A stretch of DNA of 64,000 nucleotides from Azolla caroliniana (taxonomy: Eukaryota; Plantae; Polypodiophyta): NCBI GenBank assembly GCA_043228905.1, contig JBHGNT010000006.1, positions 21,390,001 to 21,454,000 of the forward strand, read 5' to 3'. Of the stretch, positions 23,710 through 37,694 are shown one piece after another. The first letter of the stretch is position 1; the number at the start of each line of letters is the position of its first letter. The notes under the pieces are model-generated. The model saw only the letters and a program-made list of their open reading frames with translations, was not told the DNA's origin and ran no database searches. The position numbers and the translations under genes were made by a program.

Positions 23710-26700
23710 TGTTGAGCAGCAAGGTCAACCGGATCTGGATCGGCTGAATAAGCCTGAGCCGGATTGGCATCCGGAAGGATGAAGCCAGATCGGTGAGATG
23801 GATCAGACGGATCGGCGAGCCGGTGAGCTGGGGAGCCAGTTAGCTGGATCAAACAGTAACTGGAAGCCTAGTAGTAGCCTAGACTACTAGGTAGTTAATA
23901 GTCTCGTAGTTAGTGTCAGGCGCTCGAGTGAGCATTGAAGTACACGGTACTTCTATCAGTCCTCTTAAGGACTTGTATAAATAGTGGTTTTGAGCACGTT
24001 TTATTTACATAGAACTCTTATTGTTTTGTAAGAGATTTTGAACGTTCTGCTCTCTCTCTCTTTGTCTCTCCCGCGTACACTCTGTGTGTTAATCTCTCTC
24101 TCTCTCTCTCTCTCTTTGTTGCTATCCGGCAAGACCGGTTTGTCTGATGCTTCCGCACATAATCTTTTACATGGTATCAGAGCGCGAGGGTTGAGAACCT
24201 CTGCAGCTGACATCAACATCTGAAGCCAAACCCTAAGACCTGGTAAGAATAGGAAGAGGAGTAATGGACAGAGGAAGGGCTAGCTCTCTCCTAGTGGAGA
24301 AGCTCGACAGATCCAATGACCCATCTTGGTCATACAAGATGCACCAGTACCTGCTTGGGCATGGTTACTGGAGCTATGTCGACGGAGCTAACGACACAGC
24401 ACCTAATGCGGCACACAAGGACTTCCCAGTGTGGGAACAAGCGGCAAGCAGAGTGATGTACTACTTTGCGTCCAGTGTTGGAGACCAGCCGTTGAGCCAT
24501 GTCCGAGATGCCAAGACGCCAAAAGAAGCTTGGGGAAACCTGAAGAAGGTTTTCGCGGCAAGCACTACGGCCCGAAAGCTACAACTCCGACAGGAGTTGA
24601 GCAATGTCTGATAGAAGGACATGTCAGTAGCCGATTACAAGGCCCGAATCAAAGAAATTTGTGACTCACTTGCCTCTATCAACGTCACTGTAGAGGAAGA
24701 TGAGATGATGCCGATATGTCTTGGGGGCCTATCATCTAAGTTCAAAGCGTTCCGAACGGCGGTATGTACAAGGGAGAATACGCCGTCATTTTTCTCACTT
24801 ACAGTTGATGCTCCTTGTAGAGGAGAAGCATGCCGGTGCGTCAACAAGTGCACCCACCGACAACTGGATGCTGTACACGGAGGTGGATCGGCCCCGTGAG
24901 CATGGTGGACAAGGTGGGTCGGATCGCAATGGTAGCGGCCGACAAGAGAATGACCGAAGGCACAGAGAAGGTGCCGACAGTAGTTTCGGACCCTCCACAA
25001 GGAGGGGGAGTCAAGGCGGCATTGGAGACCAGCAAGCAAGGGCCGACATAGAAAGCGAGTGCTGGAAGAAGCGCACCGATTCGGACAGATCCGGATCCGG
25101 CAAGACCGGCAGAGAGAACACTACACAGAAGGATAGGGAGGATCCAAAATCGGAAAAGCTGGTAAAGGGCCAACCTTGGTGATGAAACATGAGGCTAACT
25201 CGATCAATAAGACCACTTCCAAACTGGAGGAAGTGTGGTACGTTGATTCCGGTGTGTCGAATCACACGACGAGCCACAAAGGGTGGTTCTCTTTCTTAGA
25301 GAAACTGGAACAACCAGGAGTTGTAAAAACGGGAGACGACACTCCACACCCAATCGTGCATGTTGGAGAAGTCCCTTTGAGCCACGCCGGACAGAGGGGG
25401 AAGCTGATGAATGTATTACACGTTCCGACCATCACAAAGAACCTGGTGTCGGTTGGACAAATTGTCGACCAAGGGATGCAGGTGCGGTTTACGCACCTCG
25501 GGTGCTTCATCGAGGAAGAGGGGCAAATCATTGTGCAAGGGCGTAGAGATGGGAGGATGTTTATCCTCGACACCAATGACGTCAGCACTGCTTTGTTCGC
25601 CAAAGGATAGAAGATTGAATTGGATGTTGATCTCTGGTACAAGCGGATCGACCATGTCAATTACCGGAGGCTTCAAGACTTGCAAACGAAACAAGTTGTT
25701 TTCGGTTTGCAAAGTTTAGTGGCCGGAAGGCCCAAGTATGTGAAGCCTGCCAACTCGGGAAGCAACACCGGCTTCCATTTCCCACCGAACGAAACCGTAG
25801 CCGTAACAAGCTCGACCTTATTCATTCGGATGTATGGGGACCGACACAGAACGTGAGTCTTGGCGGGAGTCGATATTTCGTCTCCTTCATCGACGACTAC
25901 AGCCGGCACACATGTGAGCGAAAACGCGAAGTCTTCGAGTGTTTCCGGAACCTCCAAAACTTGGTTGAATAGGAAACGGAGAAGAAGATCAAGTGCCTGC
26001 GGTCGGATGGCGGAAAAGAATATTTTTCCGGCCAATTCAACAGTTATGTGCAACAAAAAGGAATTTGGTGAGAGTTCAGCTGTAGATACACACCGGAACA
26101 GAACGGTGTGGCTGAGAGGAAGAACCGGTCGCTTATCGACACAGCAAGGGCGATGCTAGAGGAGAAAAGCATGCCTAAATTCTACTGGGATGAGGCGGTC
26201 CGAATGGCCATCTACATCCAAAACCGGATCGGTGACAAGGTGTCCGCGCAGGAGCTGTTACACCGGTGTTCCCTCCAGAAGAACCCCGTGAAGCGGTACG
26301 GGTACAATGAGTACATGGCGCATCACTATGCGTACATGACCAAGGTGGCAGAAGTGCGTGAGCCGGAGAGTTACGCAGAAGCGGCAACAAACGCAAATTG
26401 GCGTGCCGCTATGGAGGAAGAAATGCGGGCACTTGATGCCAACGACACATGGGACCTAGTTGACCCTCCCCAACACTCTAAACCGATCAGATGTAAGTGG
26501 GTATACAAGGTAAAGTATAATACTGACGGTTCAATTAACCGGCACAAGGCCCGGTTAGTGGCGAAGGGATACGCGCAGACCCACGGAATCGACTACGACG
26601 AGACCTTCACTCCGGTAACGATGATGACGACGGTGTTCGGAATATGTCCCTCCAGTGGGAGGATGATCCGACTGTTCGGAAAGCCGACAGTCGAAGAGTC

Positions 26701-29700
26701 AGAAAATAGGAGCCGAGTCGATGAGGAACTCGGCCTCGACCGATAGGCCTCGGACGAATCCGGAATCGTGCAAATAGCCAACTCGGGAGACTATATTTGT
26801 AAATACTCTAAGTGTGCGCCCCATGAGGGCTACATATGTAAATAGCCAAAAAAGTTGTGTAGGTATATATGCAACTAGGGCAAACTGTATGAGTTCTTGC
26901 TTCACTATGACAACCAAAGTGCCATACACCTGGCCATGAACGCGGCATACCACTCCCGGACCAAGCACATACAGAGAAGGTATCATTGGTTGCGGGAGAG
27001 AGTCGAAGATGGAGAGTTTGCTCTTGTGAAGATCCATACCGACGACAATGGATTCGACATGTTGACGAAGAACCTACCTATGGACAGACTCAGTGTCAGT
27101 CGACAAAATACGGGACTGATAGATTTCCTCCCACAGGAGTGAAGGGGGAGTTTGTTGGGAATATGTCCCTCTAGTGGGAGGATGATTTGACGGTTCGGAA
27201 AGCCGACAGTCGAAGAGTCGCCGAATCCGGAATCATGCAAATAGCCAACTCGGGAGACTATATTTGTAAATAGTCGAAGTGTGCGCCCCATGAGGGCTAT
27301 GTATGTAAATAGTCAGAAAAGTTGTGTAGGTATATATGGAACTAGGGCAAACTTTATGAGTGTGTGCAAAAACTGTGTGTACAGAAGTTGTAGAACGCAA
27401 GAGAGCGTGAGTGAGAGAAGCGTGAGCCGCGGCATAGCTGTGTGAGTAATAGCAAACGCGAAGAGCCCTGTGCGGTTGATACACTCGACAGAGTGTTGTA
27501 TTCTTGTCGGTGTTGTATATCCACTTTGTATAGTGAAGATTCTGTTCAACCGTGGTTTTCCCTGTTTTAGGGTTTCCACGTAAATTTCTGTGCACCATTG
27601 TTCATCTTGTCTTTTCTTGGCATATTTCTGTTATGTGTATTTCAATGCGTAGTTCGTTTATTGTGATCTATTCCGCATTGATTTCTCAACAAACTGGTAT
27701 CACAGCTTGAGGTGCAAGCATGGAAGGAGGTGTTAGCAGTTTCCCAAGTATGATAGTTCTGAACTCACAAAACCATGTAGACTGGAAGATGAAGATGGAC
27801 GACCTTCTCATAGTTAAAGACCTGTACGAGCCAGTCGACAGAGTAGAAATACCCAAGGGGTATTGGAGTCGGACTGGAAGCTTCTTAATAGAAAGGCGGT
27901 GGCCACAATCTGACAATGTGTCGATGTAAGTGTTCTTCAGCATGTGGCGAATGACATGAATGCCCACGAGATGTGGTAGAAGCTGTCGGGTCTGTACGAG
28001 AGGAAGAACGCGCTAAACAGAACCTCGTTAATGAGAAAAATCGTACGGCTCAAATATAGAGATGGTGAGAGCATTGTCGAACACATCAACACATTTATGG
28101 GGTATGTAAATCAACTTGCGGCGACCAAGTTTCCCCTGGATGATGCAATGCAAGCCATCCTGTTGATGTGCACACTACCGGAAAGCTGGGAGAACTTGGT
28201 GGTTACTCTCAACACCTCCTATCAAGAAGACAACTTGTCTTTACAGACTGTGAAGACAAGCATCTTGAATGAGGAGGCAAGGAGGAAAGACAAAGGAGTC
28301 TTGTCCCAAATGGAGTTGAATCTGACTCAACATATGGACAGAGGAAGAGACCGGCGAAGAAGAAGTCCACAACGAATGGACAAATCCCATGCCAGGTCGA
28401 AGTCGAAAGGTAAGCCTGTGTGCTTTTATTGTGGAAAACCTGGACACTTCCAGAAGGACTACCGACACATGAGAAAAGACAAGAGTGTCGAAAATAATGT
28501 CGAACCCCGGAAAATTCTGGATGAAAAGAACACTTCGGCCATTGCTACGAGTAATGAGGAACTCCTGTTCATCTGTGAACAGACAAGTGCAAACCTTGCA
28601 AGCGAAGAGTGCACTTGGGAGATTGATTCCGGCACATCCTTTCATATTACTTTGTCAAGAGAGTATTTCTCGACTTACATAGCCGGGGATCATGGTTATG
28701 TAAAGATGGGTGATAGTGGAGAGTGCAAGATAACTGTCGTTGATAGGGTGTCGACTAACGTTGAAGGATGTTCAACACATCCCCGATATCATATTGAATC
28801 TAATATCGACTGGAAGGCTTGACGACGAAGGCTACAGTGGTAGTTTTCGGAATGGCAAGTGGAAGTTCTACTGAGGAAATCTCATAGTGGCCCGAGCACA
28901 GAAAGAAGGCACATTGTACATGATGCATGCCCGACTGTGCAAATCGGAAGTAAATGTGGCAGCCGACTCGGTAGGGGAGATATGGCATAAGAGGCTAGGC
29001 CACATGAGTGAGAAGGGAATGCACCTGTTAGCCGACCAAAAACTTCTACCACAAGTCAAGGGAGTACACCTGGAGAAGTGTGTTGACTGCTTAGCAGGAA
29101 AACATAACAAGACAACATTCCACACGAGACCACCGAGGAGAAGAGAAGCTGCACTGGAACTAGCGCACATGGATGTGTGCTATGTGGATGCTCTATCGCA
29201 TTGAGGAGGACAGTACTTTGTAATGTTTATTGACGACTACAGTCGGAAAACATGGGCCTTCGTACTGAAGTCAAAGGATCAAGTAGTGTCAGTTTTCACG
29301 GAGTTCCAAGCAAGAACCGAAAGAGAGTCGGGTCGGAAACTGAAGGTTGTCCGAACTAACAATGGTGGCGAGTATAAAGGGCAGTTCAAGGAATACTGCA
29401 AGTGCCAAGGTATTCGAATCAAATACATAGTGCCAAAGACCCCAGAGTTGAACGAGCTTGCAGAGAGGATGAATCGAACAATCATGGAGAGAGTGAGGAG
29501 CATGCTCTCTCATGCGAAACTGCCGAAATCCTATTGGGTTGAGGTGATGTACACAGTTGTTTATCTGATCAACAAGTCTCCCTCAGTGCCATTGAAGGGT
29601 GTGGACAGGGAAGGATGTCTCGTACCAACACTTGAGGGTGTTCAGATTTTTGGCATATATGCATTTACCAAAGGATCAGAGGTCAAAGCTCAACAACAAG

Positions 29701-32700
29701 TCGAAAGCATGCATATTCATGGGATACTTGGAAGATGAGTTTGGCTACAGGTTGTGGGACTTAGTTGACGAGAAGTCGGGATGTAGTCTTTCTAGAAGAC
29801 AAGACAATTGAAGATTGGAAGCAACAAAAGTCTGAACCGACTCCCTAGTCAACCTTGACTACCATCGACTTAAGGCCAAGTGAGTCATCACCGACAGCTG
29901 TAAGGAGACAGCTAGCCGAGAGAGCCGAATCCGAGTCGGTCGACTTGGAAAGACCGACAGACTCTGAGTCAGAGTCGGCAGAGCTGCTAAACTCAATTGA
30001 GGAATATGAGTTGGAGTTGTCCAACCCGGAGATGCCGATTGATGAGAAGAATCCCAAGCAGAGAGAAGAGTTGGCAGAGACATCCGAAATAGAGCCAACA
30101 ACGAGTGGAGGAAGGTACCCACTCAAAGAGAGTAAGGCACCGATTACATATGCCAGTCAATACATCCTCTTGACTGATGACGGTGAACTAGAGTGCTATG
30201 AAGAAGGCATTGCCGACGAGAGCAGAGAAAAATGGCTGAACGCGATGCAAGAGGAGATGGAATCCTTGCATGCGAATTACACCTACGACCTAGTAGAGCC
30301 GCGGAAAGGCAAGACAGCACTCAGGAATAAATGGGTCTACAAGGTGAAGAAAGGAGAAGTCGACAATGAGCCCAGGTATAAAGCCCGCATAGTGGTGAAG
30401 GGTTTCCAAGAGAGAAAGGGCTTCGACTTTGACGAAATATTCGCACTAGTCGTGAAGATGACATCCATACGAACTGTTATGTGCATAGTAGCTACCATGG
30501 ATCTGGAGATCGAACAGTTGGATGTCAAAACCGCATATCTGCATGGGGAGCTAGAAGAAGAAATTTACATGTAGCAACCCGAAGGCTTTGAGGAACTGAG
30601 GAAAAGCTTGTACAGTTTGAAACAACCTCCACGCCAATGGTACAAGAAATTCGAGTCCTTTATGATGGAACACCGGTTCCAGAAAACATAGGCTGATCAT
30701 TGTGTGTTCATAAAAAGGTACGAGGAAGGAGATTTCTTGATTCTCTTGCTATATGTTGATGATATGTTGATAGTCGACCAAGATGCAAGGAAGATTGGAA
30801 GCTTGAAGAAAGCTCTCGGCTAATCATTTGCCATGAAAGACCTTGGACCGGCAAAGCAGATCCTAGGAATGCACATAACCTGAGACAGAGCTCGGAAGGT
30901 GCTATGGTTGTCACAACTGAAGTATGTGACGAAGATCCTCGAGAGATTCAACATGTCAAACGCAAAGCCGGTCGGCTCCGTGTTGCCGACAAATTGCAGA
31001 CTAAATGCGAAGCAGTATCCGAAAGGGCAGAAGGAAAAGGCTGAGATGAAGAAAGTACCATATGCCTCAAACGTCGGCAATCTAATGTATGCTATGGTTT
31101 GTACGAGACCGGACATAGCATTTGCTGTGGGAGCAGTAAGCCGATATATGAGTAATCCAAGGAGAGAACACTCGGCAGCGGTGAAATGGATACTTAGGTA
31201 CTTAAAGGGCACCTCGGGGGTGTGCCTAAGGTATGGTGTCGGAGAACCTGTACTGGAAGGTTTTACCGATTCAAACATGTCAAGAGATGTCGACTCCAGC
31301 CGATCCACATTAGGGTATGTGATGATCTATGCAGGGGGAGCAATGTTGTGGCAGTCATGACTGTAGAAGTCTGTAGCCTTGTTGACTACAGAGGCAGAGT
31401 AGATGGCACCGGTAGAAGCCGGAAAAGAGTTGATCTGGATGAGAAATTTTCTCACCGAACTAGACATGAAGCACAATGAGTTCTTGCTTCACTGTGACAG
31501 CCAAAGCGTCATACACCTAGCCAAGAACGCGGCATACCACTCCCGGACCAAGCACATACAGAGAAGGTATCACTGGTTGCGGGAGAGAGTCGAAGATGGA
31601 GAGTTTGCTTTTGTGAAGATCCATACCGACGATAATGAATCTGACATGCTGACGAAGAACCTACCTATGGACAGACTCAGTGTCAGTCGACAAAATACTG
31701 GATTGATAGATTTCCTCCCATAGGAGTGAAGGGGGAGTTTGTTGAGAATATGTCCCTCTAGTGGGAGGATGATCCGACTGTTCGGAAAGCCGATATTCGA
31801 AGAGTCGCCGAATCCGGAATCGTGCAAATAACCAACTCGGGAGACTATATTTGTAAATAGTCTAAGTGTGCACCCCATGAGGGCTACGTATGTAAATAGC
31901 CAGAAAAGTTGTGTAGGTATATATGCAACCAGGGCAAACTTTATGAGTGAATGCAGAAACTGTGTGTACAGAAGTTGTAGAATGCAAGAGAGCATTAGTG
32001 AGAGAAGCGTGAGCCGTGCCATAGTTGTGTGAGTAACAACAGACGCGAAGAGCCCTGTGTGGCTGATACACTTGACAGAGTGTTGTATTCCTCTCAGTGT
32101 TGTATATCCACTTTGTATAGTGAAGATTCTGTTCACCCATGGTTTTCCCCGTTTTAGGGTTTCCACGTAAATCTCTGTGCACCATTGTTCATCTTGTCTT
32201 TTCTTGGCATATTTCTATAATTTGTATTTCAACGCGTAGTTCATTTATTGTGATCTATTCCGCATCAATTTCTCAACAGACGGTTCGTGTGGTGTTGGCG
32301 GTTGCAGCGGCAAGGGGGTGGCATCTTCACCAGATGGATGTGAAGAATGCATTTCTTCAAGGAGATCTTGAAGAAGAGGTCTTTATGACCCAACCCCCCC
32401 GGTTTCCAGTCGGAGATGAACAAGTCGACGGTATGACGGCTGAAGAAGTCACTTTATGGCCTGAAGCAAGCCCCTCGAGCTTGGAATGCGAAGATCAAGG
32501 ACCAGTTGCGTAAGATGGGGTTTCTGGCCTCTAGGTCCGTCTCTTCGTTGTTCATCCGACAAGTTCCAGACGGTCCGGTCTGCATCTTGCTGTATGTTGA
32601 TGATCTAGTCATCACCGAACCTGGACTCGATGAAATCGGCCGAGTCAAGTTCGAGCTGTCAGATGCATTTGAAATGAAGGACCTAGGGGACCTTCACTAT

Positions 32701-34615
32701 TTCCTTAGGATCGAGGTGATCCGAACCCTTGACGGCATATTGCTCTCACAAAGACACTATCTGTTGACTATGCTATACAAGTTCGGCATGACGGAATGCC
32801 GACCGATCTCCACACCCCTAGACCGGAACCAGAAGCTCCGTCCCGACTCCGGACTGGCCTGCGATGAGAAGCGGTTCCGACATATCATCGGAAGCCTCAT
32901 ATATTTGACAATCTCCCGACCCAACATAAGTTATCCGGTCGGAGTGATCAACCAAATCATGCAGAAGCCGACCGTCGAGCACCTTCAGTGCGCACACCAG
33001 ATACTCCGGTATGTAGGCACGAAGGACCGGGGACTGTTATACCGGCATGGTATAACCGAAGAGCTAGTCGGCTACACCGATGTCGACTTGGCCGGCGATG
33101 CATCAGATTGCCGATCCACCTCCGGCTATATGTTTTCTTTCCCTTGGTAGCACGGTTGTTTTGTGGAGCAGCAAAAAGTAGCCAACATTGGCCCTTTCGA
33201 GCACTGAGGCTGAATGTCGGGGCGCTACCGTTGCCACCTGTGAAGCCATTTGGCTTGGGCGACTGTTGCAAGACTTGCGGATCGAGGTGCCGACCCCAAT
33301 CCTGATTTACTGCAACAACATAAGCAGCATGGAGCTCGCCAAGAACCCTGTATTCCATGCTCGCACAAAGCACATAGAAGTGCACTACCACTTCGTGCGT
33401 GAGCGTGTCCTGAGCGGTGAAGTCGAACTTCGGAATGTTCATATGGATCGGCAAGTTGCCGACATCTTCACCAAACTGCTCGGATCAGACAAGTTGTAGC
33501 ACTTCACCAAAATGCTTGGTGTTCAGCATCTCGATGTGCCACACTTGAGGGGGAGAATGGGCAAAGACACCGGAACGGGCAAAGGCAAAGAGACTGTCGA
33601 TTGCGCCAGCGAGGGAAGAACCGACAAAGGGGGATACAAGAAGAAGAAAGGAGTCGAGTCAACAAAGGAAGTTGACACATCTGAACAAGTCAGATCAGGT
33701 GGCAACAACGATAGAGTCAAGAAGGATAGAGCCGACTGGAAGAAGAAGGCCAAGACCCGACCATGGTCCGATGTGGTGAAGGGCCTGGAACCGGAAGACG
33801 AATCGAGAGCGACCGATTCGGACAAGAGCTGGAACGAGTCGGAGACAGCCGATTCAGTTCTACAGACGGATTCGGAACAACCGGATCAATTCAAGGCCAA
33901 GAGGACGAGAAGGTAGCGAAAGTCGACGCCAACACGAAGGAATAGGCAAATCGGCAAGCCCCGAAGTCACAACAGTGAGGGAGTTGAATTGGGCTTGTTG
34001 AGCAGACAAGCCGATTGAGGAGGTCGAGGTACGCAGAATCCGAAGGGTCGAGGCAAACGGGACCACACCGGACGAGGAGCCCGAGCAAGGCAGAGTGACG
34101 CCAGAAGGAGCTGGGTGGTAGGACCGGTTGTCATGGAGACTAACACTACGATCCAACCTCAAGTTGAGCGGCAAGCTCAACCGGATCCATATCAGCTGAA
34201 TACGCCTAAGCCGGATCGGCATCCGGAAGGATGAAGCCGGATCGGTGAGACGGATCGGACGGATCGGCGAGCCGGTGAGCTGGGGAACCGGTTAGCTGGA
34301 TCAAACAGTTATCAGAAGCCTAGTAGTAGCCTAGACTACTAGGTAGTTAATAGTCTCGTAGTTAGTGTCAAACGCTCGAGTGAGCATTGAAGTATGCGGT
34401 ACTTCTATCAGTCCTCTTAAGGACTTGTATAAATAGTGTTGTTGAGCACGTTTTATGTACATAGAACTATTATTGTTTTGTAAGAGATTTTGAACGTTCT
34501 ACTCTCTCTCTCTTTGTCTCTCCCGCGTACACTCTGTGTGTTGATCTCTCTCTCTCTCTCTGTTGCTATATGGCAAGGCTGGTTTGTCTGACGCTTCCGC
34601 ACATAATCTTTTACA
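23710..34615 (+). mobile_element. copia family B element with both LTRs (23710-24171, 34162-34615), TSD CAAAG
   Basis: CAAAG at 23705-23709 and 34616-34620; PBS TGGTATCAGAGC 24172-24183; degenerate gag-pol; hosts 26634-32278. Confidence 0.92.
26634..32278 (+). mobile_element. copia family A element with three LTRs (partial 26634-26894, 27153-27691, 31740-32278), TSD GACGG
   Basis: GACGG at 26629-26633 and 32279-32283; two 539-bp LTRs each preceded by PPT GAGTGAAGGGGGAGTT; PBS at 27695; degenerate gag-pol 27720-31730. Confidence 0.92.
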
Positions 34616-36600
34616 CAAAGTCACCACTGGTATGACAAGAACATTTCCTGATATGGGGTAATGTGGTACGAGGCTCCCGAAGCGATAATCCAATCGGTTT
34701 CTTGGGATTCTAAACTGACACAAGCATCATCACACGTGATGATGATATCACCATGACATGCGACTGTCATGGACTTGTTTTTCTTGTTGTCAGTAGTTCC
34801 ACTCTTTTTTTCCCTCTTTTTCTTCCTACAATCTCTTTCATAGTGGTTTAAACCACCACAATAATGACACGTGAAGTCTTTCTTAGAGTCTTTCCTATTT
34901 CTAGATTTAGACCTCCCCTTAGAATTATTTCTGTGATTTTGTGGACTCCTAGCATGGTTACTTCCTCTAGAGGAGTTGTTTTCTATGACTAAGGATTTAT
35001 GGTCAAAGTTGGAGTCATGATCCTTTCGTCGTGCTTCTTCATGTAGAAGATTTGACTTAAGCATGTTCAATGTTACGTCCTTTTGTTGCGTTGCAGTCCC
35101 AAGCACCACAACAAGGGTTTCCCAACTATCTGGGGGAGGGCCTAACAAGAACAAGGTGAACACCTTATTTGCTAGAGGTATATCTACAGAGACAGTTTGA
35201 CTTATAAGTCCTTGAAACGTATTAAGATGCTCTACCACACTAGAGCCATCTTGATACCTAGGTCTTACAAGTTTCCTAAACACAAAGACTCTATTCAAAG
35301 CATTTTTGGTTTGAAACATACTCTCAATTTTTTTCCATAACTCATTTCCTTTGGTTTCATCACAGAAACTGCTATATAGACTCATGTCTATGAAACATCG
35401 GATGTATGCAGATGTCTTTAGATGCATGGCATCCCAGGTTAATTTATCGATGTTCTCGGGTTTTCTCGTACCATGTAGTACGAGCAACCACATGTCCTTA
35501 CATACCAACATGTCCCTCATTTTGGACTTCCAAATGGGGTAGTTGGATCCCGCCTAATGATTCATCCATATTCCAAATCTTTGCGGAGGTATGAACCTCT
35601 GCTCTGATACCACTTGTTAGGAATATGAATCTGAATCGGGATGATTTGGACTAACTACTCAATCAAGACAAATTAAACAATAGATGAAACCACAAGACAA
35701 AAATGAGAGTACACCAAAAATTTTAAAGTGGAAAACCCAAAATAGGGAAAAACCACGGGAACCATAGGTTCCAAACAACTTCACTATATCTTTGAGTACA
35801 ACGGAATACGACCTCACTAGAGGGGTATATCTAACTCAAGGCAATGGCCTTGGTTACAACCTTCACCCAATCGGGTGGATAGATTAACAAGGATTACAAG
35901 CTGCGCAGGAACTCTCTAGGTTTTGACTAGAGAAATGTCCTAGCCTGAAGGCAAGAGCCTTGGCTACAATCTTCACCCGATTGGGTGGATACAATAATGA
36001 CCCAGATTATAATTCCTCACCCAATTGGGTGGATAGAAAACCAAAGAAAACAGAAACTAGAAAAACATAAAACAAAGAAACTTGAAACAAGTGGACGGGA
36101 CATATGTTGTTCAATCGTGGTTCTTCGATAGCACGAATAGCCCCTGGCAAGTCTTTGCATTTGTGACAATAGTTCACTCTTCCTCTTGCTCGCTCTTTCT
36201 TTTTTTGTTTCTCTCTCTCTGTTTTCTGTTTTTTCTCTTTGTACTCTCCGAAAATCAGGTAGCGTTGTCTCTCTTTTTCTTTTCTTTGTTTTTCTCTTAT
36301 TGTCTTCTTGTAGTCCAACATCTATATGTATGTTCACACACACATACAAAAGACACACACCCAAAAAAACATACAAAAAGAAAAAGGCATACAGACATAT
36401 ATATATATACACAACTAAATATAACTTTCCTTAAGCCTATTCGGCGTTCAACCGATTCAATGTTGTGGGCTCCACTTGTGTGGACAAGCCCCAATAGTAA
36501 AACCCCTAGGGGTATGTATTATGATGATGTGCCAAATTGGAAAATATAGTGAACAGAACCCTAACCTTTCGCTCATAGTGGATCTTCTTTGAAATTTAAG

Positions 36601-36604
<4 letters not shown>

Positions 36605-36657
<53 letters not shown>
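36605..36657. repeat. (AG)n microsatellite, about 26 units
   Basis: Uninterrupted AG run. Confidence 0.95.
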
Positions 36658-36660
<3 letters not shown>

Positions 36661-37373
36661 GAGAGTCCAAGATCATAAGAGCAAGCAAGTTAGAAAAAGA
36701 GAGAGAAGGGGGGATGTTGAGAGAGCACAAGAGCACAATAAAGGGAGAACTACAAAAATCAGATATGTATTTATATAGTAAAGAATCGACTGTGATTCTA
36801 TACAACAGAGTAGATTAGAGTGTGTGTGTGAAAGAGGAGAGAGGAGAGACACAAGATAGATACAAAAATGAAATACTGAAGATGTGTATTAACAAGAAGT
36901 AGAAAACAACTACATAGAGATAATGAGCACTACAATGGATAATGAGCACTACACAGAGTTTGCATGAATTGACTAAAGAGCTCGATTGGATAGCTAAGGT
37001 CGAATCGAGTGATCGTGAGGGAGATAAGTCTACCAAAAAGTTGTCGATGGTGTGTCGGCTCAGCATTGAGTTTGAGGTTTGAATTGAGAGGAGTAGCGAT
37101 AGGCTTACACTCTGTCATCTCAAACTTGAAGAGCAGATTGAGGATATAGTGTCGTCGGGAGATCATAATGTCATCAAAGATTCGAATTACTTAAATGCCT
37201 AGGAAGTAATGAAGGTCTTGCATGTGCATCATGTCGAATTTAATGGAGAGGAGGGTTTTGAACTTGTTGATGTGGAGTAGTTGTTCTCCACTATCATGAA
37301 AATTCGTCACTATGTGCGGATCATGAGGCGGAACCGCGAGGTTTATGGACTGGACGGAAATAGGGCTCATGCG

Positions 37374-37658
37374 TGACGCGAAATATGCAGAATATTACTC
37401 GGCCACAACCGAGTCTTAGATGGTATCGTTTCGAATCGAACACCGAGAATGGGAATGGACGTGAATACATGTACACACAGATAATATGAGAGAGGGTACA
37501 AAGTATGTTTACGTGGAAAACCCTAAATGCGAAAAACCACGAGAGTCCACAAACTCCAACTATCATTATGTAAGAGGAATACAACCGAGGAACAAAGAGA
37601 CAATGAACTCTTGCTCTCAATCTTTGCGTCGCGGCAGTTACAACAGAGACTCGCTCTG

Positions 37659-37694
<36 letters not shown>

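Larger units (their letters stand above)
20091..36496 (-). mobile_element. copia family C element (5' LTR 35615-36496, PBS 35601-35612, gag 34621-35569, pol 20700-23704, truncated 3' LTR 20091-20699)
   Basis: Paired LTRs; iMet PBS; PPT AGGGGGAGAAT; CHYCGGLNHYERDC, LLHKRLGHMS, LLYVDDMLIVG, VALSTTEAKY; hosts 23710-34615. Confidence 0.9.
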
